Source: Adineta vaga (Eukaryota > Animalia > Rotifera). From it: DNA of 64,000 bases. Positions within the stretch are counted from its first letter, which is position 1; every line of letters begins with the position of its first letter. This document shows, piece after piece, positions 14,271 to 24,516 of the stretch. The stretch covers positions 6,944,001 to 7,008,000 of the forward strand of contig CP075492.1 of assembly GCA_021613535.1 (NCBI GenBank). Reading direction: 5' to 3'. The translations under genes and the position numbers were made by a program. The notes beneath the pieces were generated by a model. The model had not been told where the DNA came from and searched no databases. It saw only the letters and a program-made list of their open reading frames with translations.

Positions 14271-15011
14271 TTATTGCTGAGGAATCGGTGGTGCTAAACT
14301 TCGTCGAGGATGCAAAATTGTCCAAGTAAGTAGTGCAATAGCAATCGGTGTAAATTGAAAAATATAGAACCAGTATTCATCTTTATTTGCATCAACATAA
14401 TAATCAGGAATTGATGTAATCTGAAGATAAATTGCGACAATCATGCAACAAATACTGGAAATAATCAAAAGAATAATGGCTTGTTTCTTCATATCTTTCC
14501 ATGTTTTTGTTGCAAACCAAATTGGATAGAAGAGAATAGTCATTGCAAGAACAATGGCAGCAGAGACTTGTCGTAATCGAAAACTTCGATCAATCGTATC
14601 ACTATTATACGATAACATTCCAGCAGGAATCATAAGAATGGCAGATACTAAGGCGATTAAAACTGACCCAATAATAATACACCGAGAAAAAGAACTTTTC
14701 AGATTACCCACATGAGTAAGGAAATCATAATTAGCCAAAATAATTGTACGTTGACCGACAGCAAGTAAAACTGATGTTGCAGTAAAAGCAGCTCTTGTTG
14801 TACGAGTACTACTCGGAAGAGCTGCACGAAGTACCAGTTCGACAAAAATAGTTAAGTGGGAAAGAATAAGAAGAATAATCAATCGACGAGGTTTACAATT
14901 TGTTTGAGCAATCCATCCAATTAACGATATACCAATAACACCAGCAAGAATACCAGCAGCTATCTTGTTTGGTTCGTAGGCTGGATATGGATAGTTAGAT
15001 AGATCAACCAT
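14271..15011 (-). CDS. RTA1/Rsb1-like multi-pass membrane protein, copy A (intronless CDS)
   Basis: 246 aa with about 7 hydrophobic segments. N-terminal YPYPAYEPNKIAAGI, central ELVLR and C-terminal EYWFYIFQFTPIAIALLTWTILHPRRSL resemble the fungal RTA1 pattern (Y.PS..AA / E..G...R / E..FY.FD..P.......HP). 5'UTR intron at ~15022-15076 and TATA-like element at ~15124-15132. Confidence 0.7.
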   Translation of the reverse strand: MVDLSNYPYPAYEPNKIAAGILAGVIGISLIGWIAQTNCKPRRLIILLILSHLTIFVELVLRAALPSSTRTTRAAFTATSVLLAVGQRTIILANYDFLTHVGNLKSSFSRCIIIGSVLIALVSAILMIPAGMLSYNSDTIDRSFRLRQVSAAIVLAMTILFYPIWFATKTWKDMKKQAIILLIISSICCMIVAIYLQITSIPDYYVDANKDEYWFYIFQFTPIAIALLTWTILHPRRSLAPPIPQQ

Positions 15012-16056
15012 TATATTTGTCTACAAAAAGAAAATATGTTATTCAATTTGAATTTAAAATCATAGTTATTACTTACATGAAAAAATGTATTTGTTCGTTT
15101 GGATTTTTTCAAGAAACTTTGCCTTTATATATAAAGCTTGATTTAGTTTATTTTTTTCTTGTTAAAGAGTATTTTATATTAGTCAGATGTACCTCGCATG
15201 TTCCAATGAAATGATTCCTTCCTTCTGTTAAAAAAGAACGTTCTTTCAACGCACTTTTTTCTTTTCATTCTTCATATTTGTCTTAGTTTCCTTCTATGAC
15301 AGTTCGATGAAAAGTAAATAATGAAGCATTATACTGAGGCATCTATTTTTATATTTATATTGTGAATAATTATTTGCACGTCGTTAAGAAAACACAAAAG
15401 TTTTCCACCCACGTTTTTAGAATCATCATACGAGCAACTGAGATATTCATATTGTGCTTGGAAAAGGACGGCAAAATGTTGTATATGGCAGCATGACTTT
15501 CTCTCAATTCTCGACATATGATAGAAAGAAAAGAAGTTTATAAAAGATGGATGCCGAGATTTTATAAGTACTTTAATAACAAAGCCTTGGGCAACCTTTG
15601 CATTGTATTATATCATTGTTGCATTAATCTGCATTACATTATCTGAAGAACACGAGAACAATCGATGTTTTTGTTGATAATCGCAATCATTACGTGCAGT
15701 TTACTTACTATCTGGTTACTGCTATGAGTTTATACGACATCGAACTAAGTAGAAAATAAAACGTTATTCATTAGATACAACTATAAAGATTCTAATAAGG
15801 TAGATTGATCGCAAACGTCTTTAGAGAAACATGTGTTGTATTTACTGAATGTATATTTTATCTGTCAGATACGCACTTTCTCATCATCATCTATACTTGA
15901 TGTCAATCGTTACGCTATTATTCTCAAACAAATGTATATAGTATATTGAATAATTCTCATTTTGAATTACATTTGTAATTTCTTTGTTTTATTTAAATCT
16001 AAAAAGAAATATCGCGAAAAGTGTACAATTGTGCTAGTATTTATCATAACGATAAA

Positions 16057-16845
16057 TCAATTTAATAGACTGTCATTTATATTTAGTCCGAGATTTTGTT
16101 GGTGTTGATGAGTGAATTTCAAAGTTCGTTTTGGATGAAATGTTGTCCACGTCAATAATGCAATAGCAAGCGGTACGAAATAAAAAATATAAGACCATAA
16201 TTCTTGCTGCCTTGTTCTGACATAATAATATGGAATAGAAGTAATCAAAAGAAAAATTGCAATAATCAGACAGATAATACTCGAAATTGTTAAGAGAATA
16301 ATGGCTTGTTTCTTCATATGTTTCCATGTTTTCGTTGCGAACCAAATTGGATAAAAAAGAATAGTCACTAGAAGAACAATAATGGCCGAAGCTTGTCGTA
16401 AATGAAAACTTATATCAATCGTATCAGTATTGTGTGATAATATTCCACTTGAAATCATAAGAATGGCTGATGTCAAAATACTCGAAATTGTACCGATGAT
16501 AATAGTTCGTGAAAGACAAGATTTTGAAAGATCTACTTGAACGAGAAATTCAAAATTCGACAGGATGACTGTGCGCTGACTGATAGTAAGAAGAACTGTT
16601 GTAACTGCAGAGGCTGCTCTTGAACGTCGAATATCAATAGGAAGAGATGCACGAAGTACAAGTTCTACGAAAATCATTACGTGAGACACGAAAAGAAGAA
16701 GAATTAATCGACGTGGTTGTATTTGTACTTGAATTGATTGAATAATCCATAGAAGTAACGATGAACAAATTATAACGGCAAGAACACTAGCAGCTATTTT
16801 ATTCGGTTCATATGATGAATTTGAATTGTCAGAGAAGTTTTTCAT
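16057..16845 (-). CDS. RTA1/Rsb1-like multi-pass membrane protein, copy B (tandem paralog)
   Basis: Colinear with copy A (YEPNKIAA, PRRLILLL, IFVELVLRA, PIWFATKTWK.MKKQAIILL, HPKRTL). The likely ATG is at 16845, just after a splice acceptor. Confidence 0.7.
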   Translation of the reverse strand: MKNFSDNSNSSYEPNKIAASVLAVIICSSLLLWIIQSIQVQIQPRRLILLLFVSHVMIFVELVLRASLPIDIRRSRAASAVTTVLLTISQRTVILSNFEFLVQVDLSKSCLSRTIIIGTISSILTSAILMISSGILSHNTDTIDISFHLRQASAIIVLLVTILFYPIWFATKTWKHMKKQAIILLTISSIICLIIAIFLLITSIPYYYVRTRQQELWSYIFYFVPLAIALLTWTTFHPKRTLKFTHQHQQNLGLNINDSLLN

Positions 16846-18164
16846 ATTATTACTAAAATAAAAAAAAGTGATTATCGTTATATAAGTACATAGCACATTA
16901 TATTTACAAATCTAGAGTAGCAAACTTGATCGATTGATTGATATGTATATATATATATATAAATCTATATTTGTCGTATTGATCGAAAATTTGATTTACA
17001 TATATTGTTATAGGATAAAAGTATTTGTAGAGTTATGAAATTATACTTAAAATACGCCGTACTGTTCTCCTTTCGAAGGCAAATATTTTTGTACATAATA
17101 TTTATTCTATTCTTCTCTTTTATTTTTTCGTTTCGGTAATATGACGTGTCACATCAATCAATGACATGATGCATAGATATCTTATGTTGTATTTCAAATT
17201 CTGAACAGTCTTCGTTCCAGTTCGAGGTAAGAAACTAGTGTTTCTTCTCTTTTAAAATGTAATCATTACGTAAAATCTTTCTCGATATATACGTCAATAA
17301 TATCTCCATTTGCTTTTACACGGGCTCTTCAATTGCCACAACAATACTAGTCACATACCTACATCCTTCCTTATATTAATTAATATAGTCATGAGTACAG
17401 TATGTTGAAGTATTATTTACTTTTTTCAATGCCAAATATAAAACTATACACAGATAGTAAATCCCATCACTTGTAACATTAGTACTGATAGAAAATGACA
17501 CAGACGATGGACTTCTTTCGATAGATATGTGAATGCATTGCGTATTTGTTACTGAGAGCATATAATAAACATTAAGATTAAAACTACGATACGAGCTGTA
17601 GAAGTCATTCTAGTAACCAGAAACACAGCTGCGTCTGAATTATAGTTTACATCATCAAATTAAATGCTGACAAATAATACCATTATCTCAAACACAAGAA
17701 AAACCATTGCAAATGGTAATTGAGATTCGATAGATTCCAACTATGATCACACTCAATGACCTATTTCTTGATATATTCATGAATCGATCATGTTGTTTAG
17801 ATTCAATCTAATCATATATTATTATACTTGTTTTCTGTTCTGTTATTCCTGTTAATTATATAAGCTATGATTATTAGTCATTACTCAGATGTCGGGAAGT
17901 CCATTGGCTTGTTCAAAATATCTAATAGATTGAAAGGACAAGTATCTAAGGGTGTGGGTGGGTGTTTGTTGTTATATTTCAATTAAATGAGCAACTTCTA
18001 ATTGCATATAACTATTATTTCTTTCATGAATATTTCCTTTTAAAAATCTAATATTTTATTTTATTCATCAAATATCAAATCAAAACAGTAGTAAACACAC
18101 AGACACACTAATACATTTACTAAATGAAATGTATAAACAACAACAAAAAGAAAACTATTTGAAA

Positions 18165-19077
18165 TCATTTTTCAAACCATAAATAACCAACAAAAACAAT
18201 GATTGCAACAAATAATGCTATACCAACATAAAGAAATGTACCACCGCCACTATCTAAATATATAAATGAATGAATAAGTTCAAAAAGAAGATATTCAAAA
18301 TCTATTCCTACTTTTCGATATTATCGGTAAATTATCATCAGTAATCTTCTTGGAATCAATAGGTTTTGTTGTTAAGCGTGATCGTATGTCACTGATATTT
18401 CTACGAAATGAAATATGAAAACTTCGATTATCTAAAGAAAAATCAATCTTACTCAAAAGTATTACGATTGTTTGTATAATCTTTTGCAGGTTTATAATTA
18501 TTTCTTAGAATAGATGGTTCATCTTTTTTCGAATAGATCGATGGTTTGATTGGAGATGATGGTTTTGTATCGAATAAATTTGGATACAGAGTATTCTTTT
18601 CCGACTTAGTTTGAAGAACTGGTTCATCAATCTCTAATGGATCTTCTTTACCTAATAGAATAATCATAGAATGAAAATGAATAAGATCAATTTTAATTTA
18701 CCTTCAGTTGATTGTTTAGTTAATACTTCAAGTAATTTACGTTGATAGATTGCTCGTGTATGATCTAAAGAAAGTCATTTAAATAATAATATGAAATTCT
18801 CAACTAATATTTACTTGTTACAGGTCCAATTCGTAAACCATGTTGAGTTAGCTGTCTTCGAAGATCAAGATCATCTAATTTCGCAACATTGATATTTTCT
18901 TCTGCCATAACCTAAACACATATATTATTGATATATAACGGTTGAAGAAGCAAGAACTATGTTACTTACTACAGAATGAAGGCATAGTACCACAGATAAA
19001 GTATCTTTCGAAGCAAATGGACCTAATTGATAACCAATTGATCTTAACTTATCATATAATTCAGTTTTCAATGCCAT
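18165..19077 (-). CDS. LEM-domain inner nuclear membrane protein (LAP2/emerin-like)
   Basis: Exon 1 is LEM-like (LKTELYDKLRSIGYQLGPFASKDTL). LEM core VAKLDDLDLRRQLTQHGLRIGPVTNHTRAIYQRKLLEVL; C-terminal TM FLYVGIALFVAIIVFVGYLW. Mostly missed by the ORF track. Confidence 0.85.
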
Positions 19078-19500
19078 GATCAATGAGAGAAATAAATACG
19101 AGACAGAAACTATATCAATGGACAGATATATTTATACTTTTTTCTTTCAAAATATTTTATGACTCATTTGATCGATGAAAAAAAAATAACCAATGAAAGA
19201 AGCGATGAATCATACTATTCCAGAACAGACATTAACCAATTGGTAAAAAGATTGAAAAATGAGTTTCTTTCAATAATGAAAGATATTTCTATTGAAAATA
19301 ATCGAAGAATTTGAATTTTTATTCATCTTATGGATATCTAACGTTGCTAAGAAACACTTTCTTTATAGTTGAACTTTCAAAATTATGATTGGCTAATTTG
19401 AACGACGTCTCATTAGATATTATATTGGTAGTTGTCAAGTAAAATAAAGTAATCAAATCAAATTCAAATATGCTCGATTTTACAAACCTTTCTCAACGAC
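19078..19500. promoter_or_regulatory. Putative bidirectional promoter between the divergent LEM and ENT genes
   Basis: The genes are head-to-head with start codons ~700 nt apart. CCAAT/ATTGG boxes at 19190, 19236-19243, 19388 and 19424. Confidence 0.4.
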
Positions 19501-19776
19501 AACTTCGTTCGTGGGTTAATTTTGTACGTGAGAACAATTCTTTTTTCATTAATTTCAATACAATTTTATTATTTTAGCTTTACTTTATTCTCGTCGCTGC
19601 AACATGGATCCTTGTTATTCTAGCTGGCATTGTTCAAGCTCAACGATCATATTCAACAACTTAGTTAATTAAATCGTTTGAATAGATATGCTTTTTTTGT
19701 ACTATTATCTTTTTCTTTTATTAAATAATAATGATGAAGATAAATACTGAATGTTTTTTTCTTCTTTTGTAGATAT

Positions 19777-20127
19777 ATGTCTAGTCGTCGTCAAAAACGA
19801 GCGCAATTACGTGCAATGGAATATCTTGCATATTCATCTACATTATCTTATTTACGAGCACAACATGATTATGATCAAGATGCAAAATCTATCATTGAAC
19901 ATCTCCGTCCATTGTTACATATCTCATCTCATCGACATCTTGCTGAATTGAAACGTATAATTAATGATGAAGAATTAGAACGACTTGTATCATTGAAACA
20001 CTTGGGTGACAGTCATTTAAAACAAAAATGGATGGAATTAGAAGAAAAAGAAGGTGATGAAGAAAATAAAATGAATACATCAATTAATAATTCTACAACG
20101 ACAAGAAAAAAATTTAAAGGAACATAA
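19777..20127 (+). CDS. Stand-alone EMSY N-terminal (ENT) domain protein
   Basis: LRAMEYLAYSSTLSYLRAQHDYDQDAKSIIEHLRPLLHISSHRHLAELKRIINDEEL matches the ENT pattern LR.LE..AY..V.S.LRAQ......K...L..L...L.IS..RH..E..R..NDE.L; 116 aa in a single coding exon. Confidence 0.8.
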   Translation: MSSRRQKRAQLRAMEYLAYSSTLSYLRAQHDYDQDAKSIIEHLRPLLHISSHRHLAELKRIINDEELERLVSLKHLGDSHLKQKWMELEEKEGDEENKMNTSINNSTTTRKKFKGT

Positions 20128-20368
20128 TAATGGAAGACTTTTTTTTCTTGTGTTATTGTTTATGTAAATAAATCTTGTTGAGTATTATGAAAAATATCTC
20201 TTTTTATCTTTAATAGTTCTGAAGATATGATGTTCTCATTAGAAGGAAATATGAAACTCTTTTTAAACTGAATGCACATCATTTAAAGATCGATCCATGC
20301 ATGATCCATCCTATGTAGTACCATCAATGAATATCACTCTTTCGTATTTGATATACTTGTTCTAGATA

Positions 20369-21597
20369 ATGACTAATGACACTAGTAAATTAAGCAATAC
20401 ATCAACAAGTAATAAAGCTCGTCCATGGATACAAACTAGTCGATATGAATTCGAAACTGTATGTCGATCGACATTATGTCCTAAAGAATGGTTTCAAGTA
20501 GGAAAGATTTATGTTTGTGAATGTTGTTTAAAAACTACGATTCATGAAACATCTGCACGACGTCATCGAGTATGAACATTTGATTGAATTTCTACAAATC
20601 ATTCTTTTTCTTTTCCTTTTTTTATTAGACAAAATGTACTCAAACACGTCCACCTGGTTGTCTGATCTATAGTCAAAACGATGTGAATATATTCGAAGTA
20701 CTGGGATGGAAAACACAAACCTATTGTGAAGATTTATGTTTACTTGCTACATTATTTATTGAAAGCAAAGTTGAAATAAAAAATGTTCATCGTTTTCGTT
20801 TCTATGTTTTAACTGTTTCTCATAATGAAAATCAATATCATTTCGCTGGTTTCTTTTCTAAACTTCAATTTCAAGAAAGACTCAATCTATCATGTCTTCT
20901 CATTTTACCACCGTATCGTAATCGAGGTTTTGGAAGTTTAATGGTTCATATCAGTAAGTAATATGATTCTGAATGTAAAAAAACTTTTCTAAATTAAAAC
21001 ATTCTATTTAGGTTATGCACTTAGTCATTTAGCAAATGTTCATACAGGCACACCTGAACGTCCTTTATCAACACAAGGTTTACTATGTTATAGAAAATAT
21101 TGGAAATCGAAAATATTTGATTATCTTCTTACTAAAACTAACGATGAACAAATTGCAATCAACGGTTAGTATCTATAGTGTATTAATTGATTTCGATTAA
21201 TGTGGAATATATATTTTCTAGATATAAGTAAAGCAACATCAATATCTACGTGTGATATTATTGAAACATTAGCATCATTAAATATGATACGAATGTTAGA
21301 AAAAGATAAATTAATTATTTATCGTTCTCAAGTAAGAATAATCGAAAATGAATGACTTTTCAATTGAAATGATGTTTTTCATAGGAATTACTTGATGAAT
21401 ATGTGCAAAAATCGAAACAAAATCATATTCGATCTGAAATTGTTATTTTTGATCCAAAATATTTCAAAATTAAATCAACATCTATTACTTTACCATTTGA
21501 AAATAAATCTAAACGGCTCAAATTTGATGATGATGAAACAGCTATGACATTCCTGAATTATTATCCTTCATCAAAAACAGATCAACAATTAGATTGA
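20369..21597 (+). CDS. Divergent MYST-family lysine acetyltransferase (catalytic domain only)
   Basis: C2HC finger IYVCECCLK...RRHRTKC, PPG, YCEDLCLLATLFIESK, FYVLT, GFFSK, NLSCLLILPPYRNRGFG, GTPERPLS, YRKYW, ISKATSISTCDIIETL; 5 exons. Confidence 0.88.
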
Positions 21598-21956
21598 ATC
21601 CATTTCTTATGCTTCTTTTGTTCTGTTATCAGTTAGATATTACTATTTTGTATATGTATAGTCATTTGTTGACATGAAATTGTAATCTATTCATTAAAAC
21701 GAATCTTATATATTGAGATGTAAAACAAAACTAACGATTTATATTTACCATACTGAGAGAAGATGATCCATCATCATTAAAATCATAAGCTCATGTTACA
21801 AAAATATCCAATTAAGTAGATAAATGAATTCATTTACTTTTTCTTTTCGTAACTAACCATCCGATGTATATCGAACTCATAGCGTATGAACATGAAAGAA
21901 GGATAATGATTTATTTGCGCTTGAATAAAAAAGCAAGGGTGTATATAGAAATTAAT

Positions 21957-22433
21957 TCACACTTTACATGTTTTTTGACATTTATCTAATGAGCGAAAAT
22001 TGTTCTTATTGCCTTGACATCCGCCATAAGTAAATGCTTTACATTCATTTGAACTTAAATCGAAATAAAATCGATCTTTAGCTGAGCGACATGGACCCAT
22101 CTCTCGAGGTAGTTTGCATAGTGCAGCTAGCAGCAAAAAAGGACCGAATGAAAAACAGAAGAGAAATTGAGAGAGAGAGAGAGAGATAAAAAATACATAC
22201 GTTTTAATTTCGTCGATTTCTTTTTATTTTTATCGGCTTGTTGTTTTTTTCGAACAATTTCATTTTTCGATGCCGTTGTTGTGAGTAATGATGGATCAAC
22301 TTTATTCTTACTTGATTCAACTATTACTGATGAAAAAGATTTAGAAACAAAATTCGTTTTACTCTAAAACAAAATGTCACATACCAAAGACTAAACATAG
22401 TAGAAAAACGACAAATAGAATCCGAAACAACAT
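21957..22433 (-). CDS. Secreted single-domain Kunitz/BPTI protease inhibitor (3 exons, absent from ORF track)
   Basis: Exon 1 is a signal peptide (MLFRILFVVFLLCLVF) and exon 2 a Lys-rich linker. Exon 3 reads LCKLPREMGPCRSAKDRFYFDLSSNECKAFTYGGCQGNKNNFRSLDKCQKTCKV*, with all six Cys and the YGGC.GN.N.F signature. Confidence 0.93.
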
Positions 22434-22686
22434 TCTATAGAACTGATGTTATTATCATCTGATGATTTTCTATTTATCTATTAGAATAAATACGTCAACT
22501 CTCCATGGCATGATGCATTCTGTTCTACTAATCGTTGCCTACTAATACTATAAATATCCAATCGTTCTCTTCAAGGTTAATGAATTCAAGATGTTTTATT
22601 CCAAAAGCAAAAAACAACATAATCTAAACCTAGTTTTTTTATTCGAAGAATGAGCTACGAAAGTAAAACAAAATTTTGTTTGCCGT

Positions 22687-24074
22687 CTAATATTCTGGTG
22701 AAGGATCGGCAATGGGTTGTTCATTGAAAAAGATTTCCATATATTTATTGACCACATCTGGAATATCTTGATTAATCCAATGTGTACCACCTGGAATTTT
22801 TTTCAAACGAATATCCGAACAATATTTTTGACTTGCATCAGCAAGTTCTTCACCGAATTTATGATCGTTACAACCCCATAAGAGTAGAACCGGTGCAGAA
22901 ACTTCAGCACGTGAAAAATCACTTTGATAACGAAATAAAGCACGATAATAATTAATTGCAGATTTGGTCGCGTCTACACAATAGATTTTCAATGTATAGA
23001 TTAGTATTCATTATAAATATTACCTGGCTGAGAAAGTGTATATTTATAAATATCAATATCTCCATCAGTGATACAATCTTGATTAGCTAATCCAGTTGAT
23101 TTTTTACGAAATCCATCTCGAACATAAGCAAAATCATCAGCTTTAACATACAGTTCGGGAACGATCATAGTTTGAAAGAAAAACATATACCTAAAAGTTA
23201 AAAAACGTTTATTCTTTGACATAAAGACTAGAAATTTGAGCTTGACCATGATCGTCGTATTTGACTGATGGATAGTTCTTGACGGAAAGCGACGGGATGA
23301 GGGCAACTCATAATGACTAATTTTTCCACCAAATGAGGATAACTGTGAAATAAGATAATGCGTAAAATGAGTATATTTAATTAAGAAAAAAACTTAATGA
23401 ACTTACAGCATTGCAGTTGTCCATGCAACTAAACCACCGAAGTCATGGCCAACTAAAATACATGATTCATAACCTGAAATTAGTCAAAAAAATCATGTTT
23501 ATTGACGTCAAAAGAAGTTTTTTTTCTTCATTTCACCAAGTTGTTCGATGACATCTGCAACATCACCAGCTAAAATTTCAACTCGATAATCTTGAACAAA
23601 AGGTGGTTTTGTACTAACTCCAAAACCACGTTGATCAATGGCAACAACACGATAATCTTTCGAAAAATATTTCATTTGATTTCGCCATGAATACCAACAT
23701 TCCGGAAAGCCATGAATAAATACTATCATATGTTGATTGGGTAAACCTTTCGATACATAATGCAGTGAAATACCCGATGACTAAATGATTTAATTATAAG
23801 AAAAGAAAATAATTCATAATATAAAAAGAATAAAAGAAAATACTTTGAGCTTAATCATTTCATGTTTACCATAAATCCGATCTGTGGCTTTCACAGGTGG
23901 TTCTGGTCGATCGATTCGTGTAAAAAAACGTTTACGACCATAACGAAGAAATTTTAAGAATGTTAAGAAAATCCCATAGAAAGTGTATACACTTGATAGA
24001 AATAGCAGACCAAAAAAGGAATATGCTACTAAACTAACAGGTGTTGCAGCAATGTCAAGATATTCCATCGACAT
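22687..24074 (-). CDS. Epoxide hydrolase 3/4-like alpha/beta hydrolase
   Basis: N-terminal TM; HGFPECWYSWR, VVAIDQRGFG, nucleophile motif ILVGHDFGG, YMFFFQ, AINYYRA, LLLWGCND, THWINQD. Confidence 0.9.
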
Positions 24075-24516
24075 ATTGACTAAAAGAACCAAATGTTGTA
24101 ATAGTTGGTGGTGTTGATTATTCTTTCTTGTGCCTTGGTTGTTTTAAAAATGAAGAGAAAGGTAATATCACGCTTTTCGATGTATGATTGGAAAATGTAA
24201 AGAGAACGAATAAAATAAAAACTGGCTCGCAAAATCAATCATGCAAAACGAAACAATACGTTTCAATTTTTGGCTGTTGGATGAGACATATTGTAATTTA
24301 AGTAAGATAGACATAACTAAAGAACGAGAATAAATTGTCATGTCAAACTTTATAAGTATAAATTGAATATGTATAACACAAGAAATATAATTCCCTTCTT
24401 CATCTGACATCTATCGTTAACCACAAATGATATGATAGATGATAGACCATAGTTTACCTTATCGCTGATGAAATGATTGAAATGATTTCAAAGATGAATA
24501 AAAAACGACATATCTC

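Noticed and set aside
14470-16370. Locally high identity between the RTA1-like paralogs (PIWFATKTWK.MKKQAIILL) as possible gene conversion
   Set aside because: The tract still has several synonymous differences, which purifying selection explains better.
17376-17561. 61-aa ORF with an ISIERS segment reminiscent of a GPCR TM3 end
   Set aside because: Too short, with no supporting helices.
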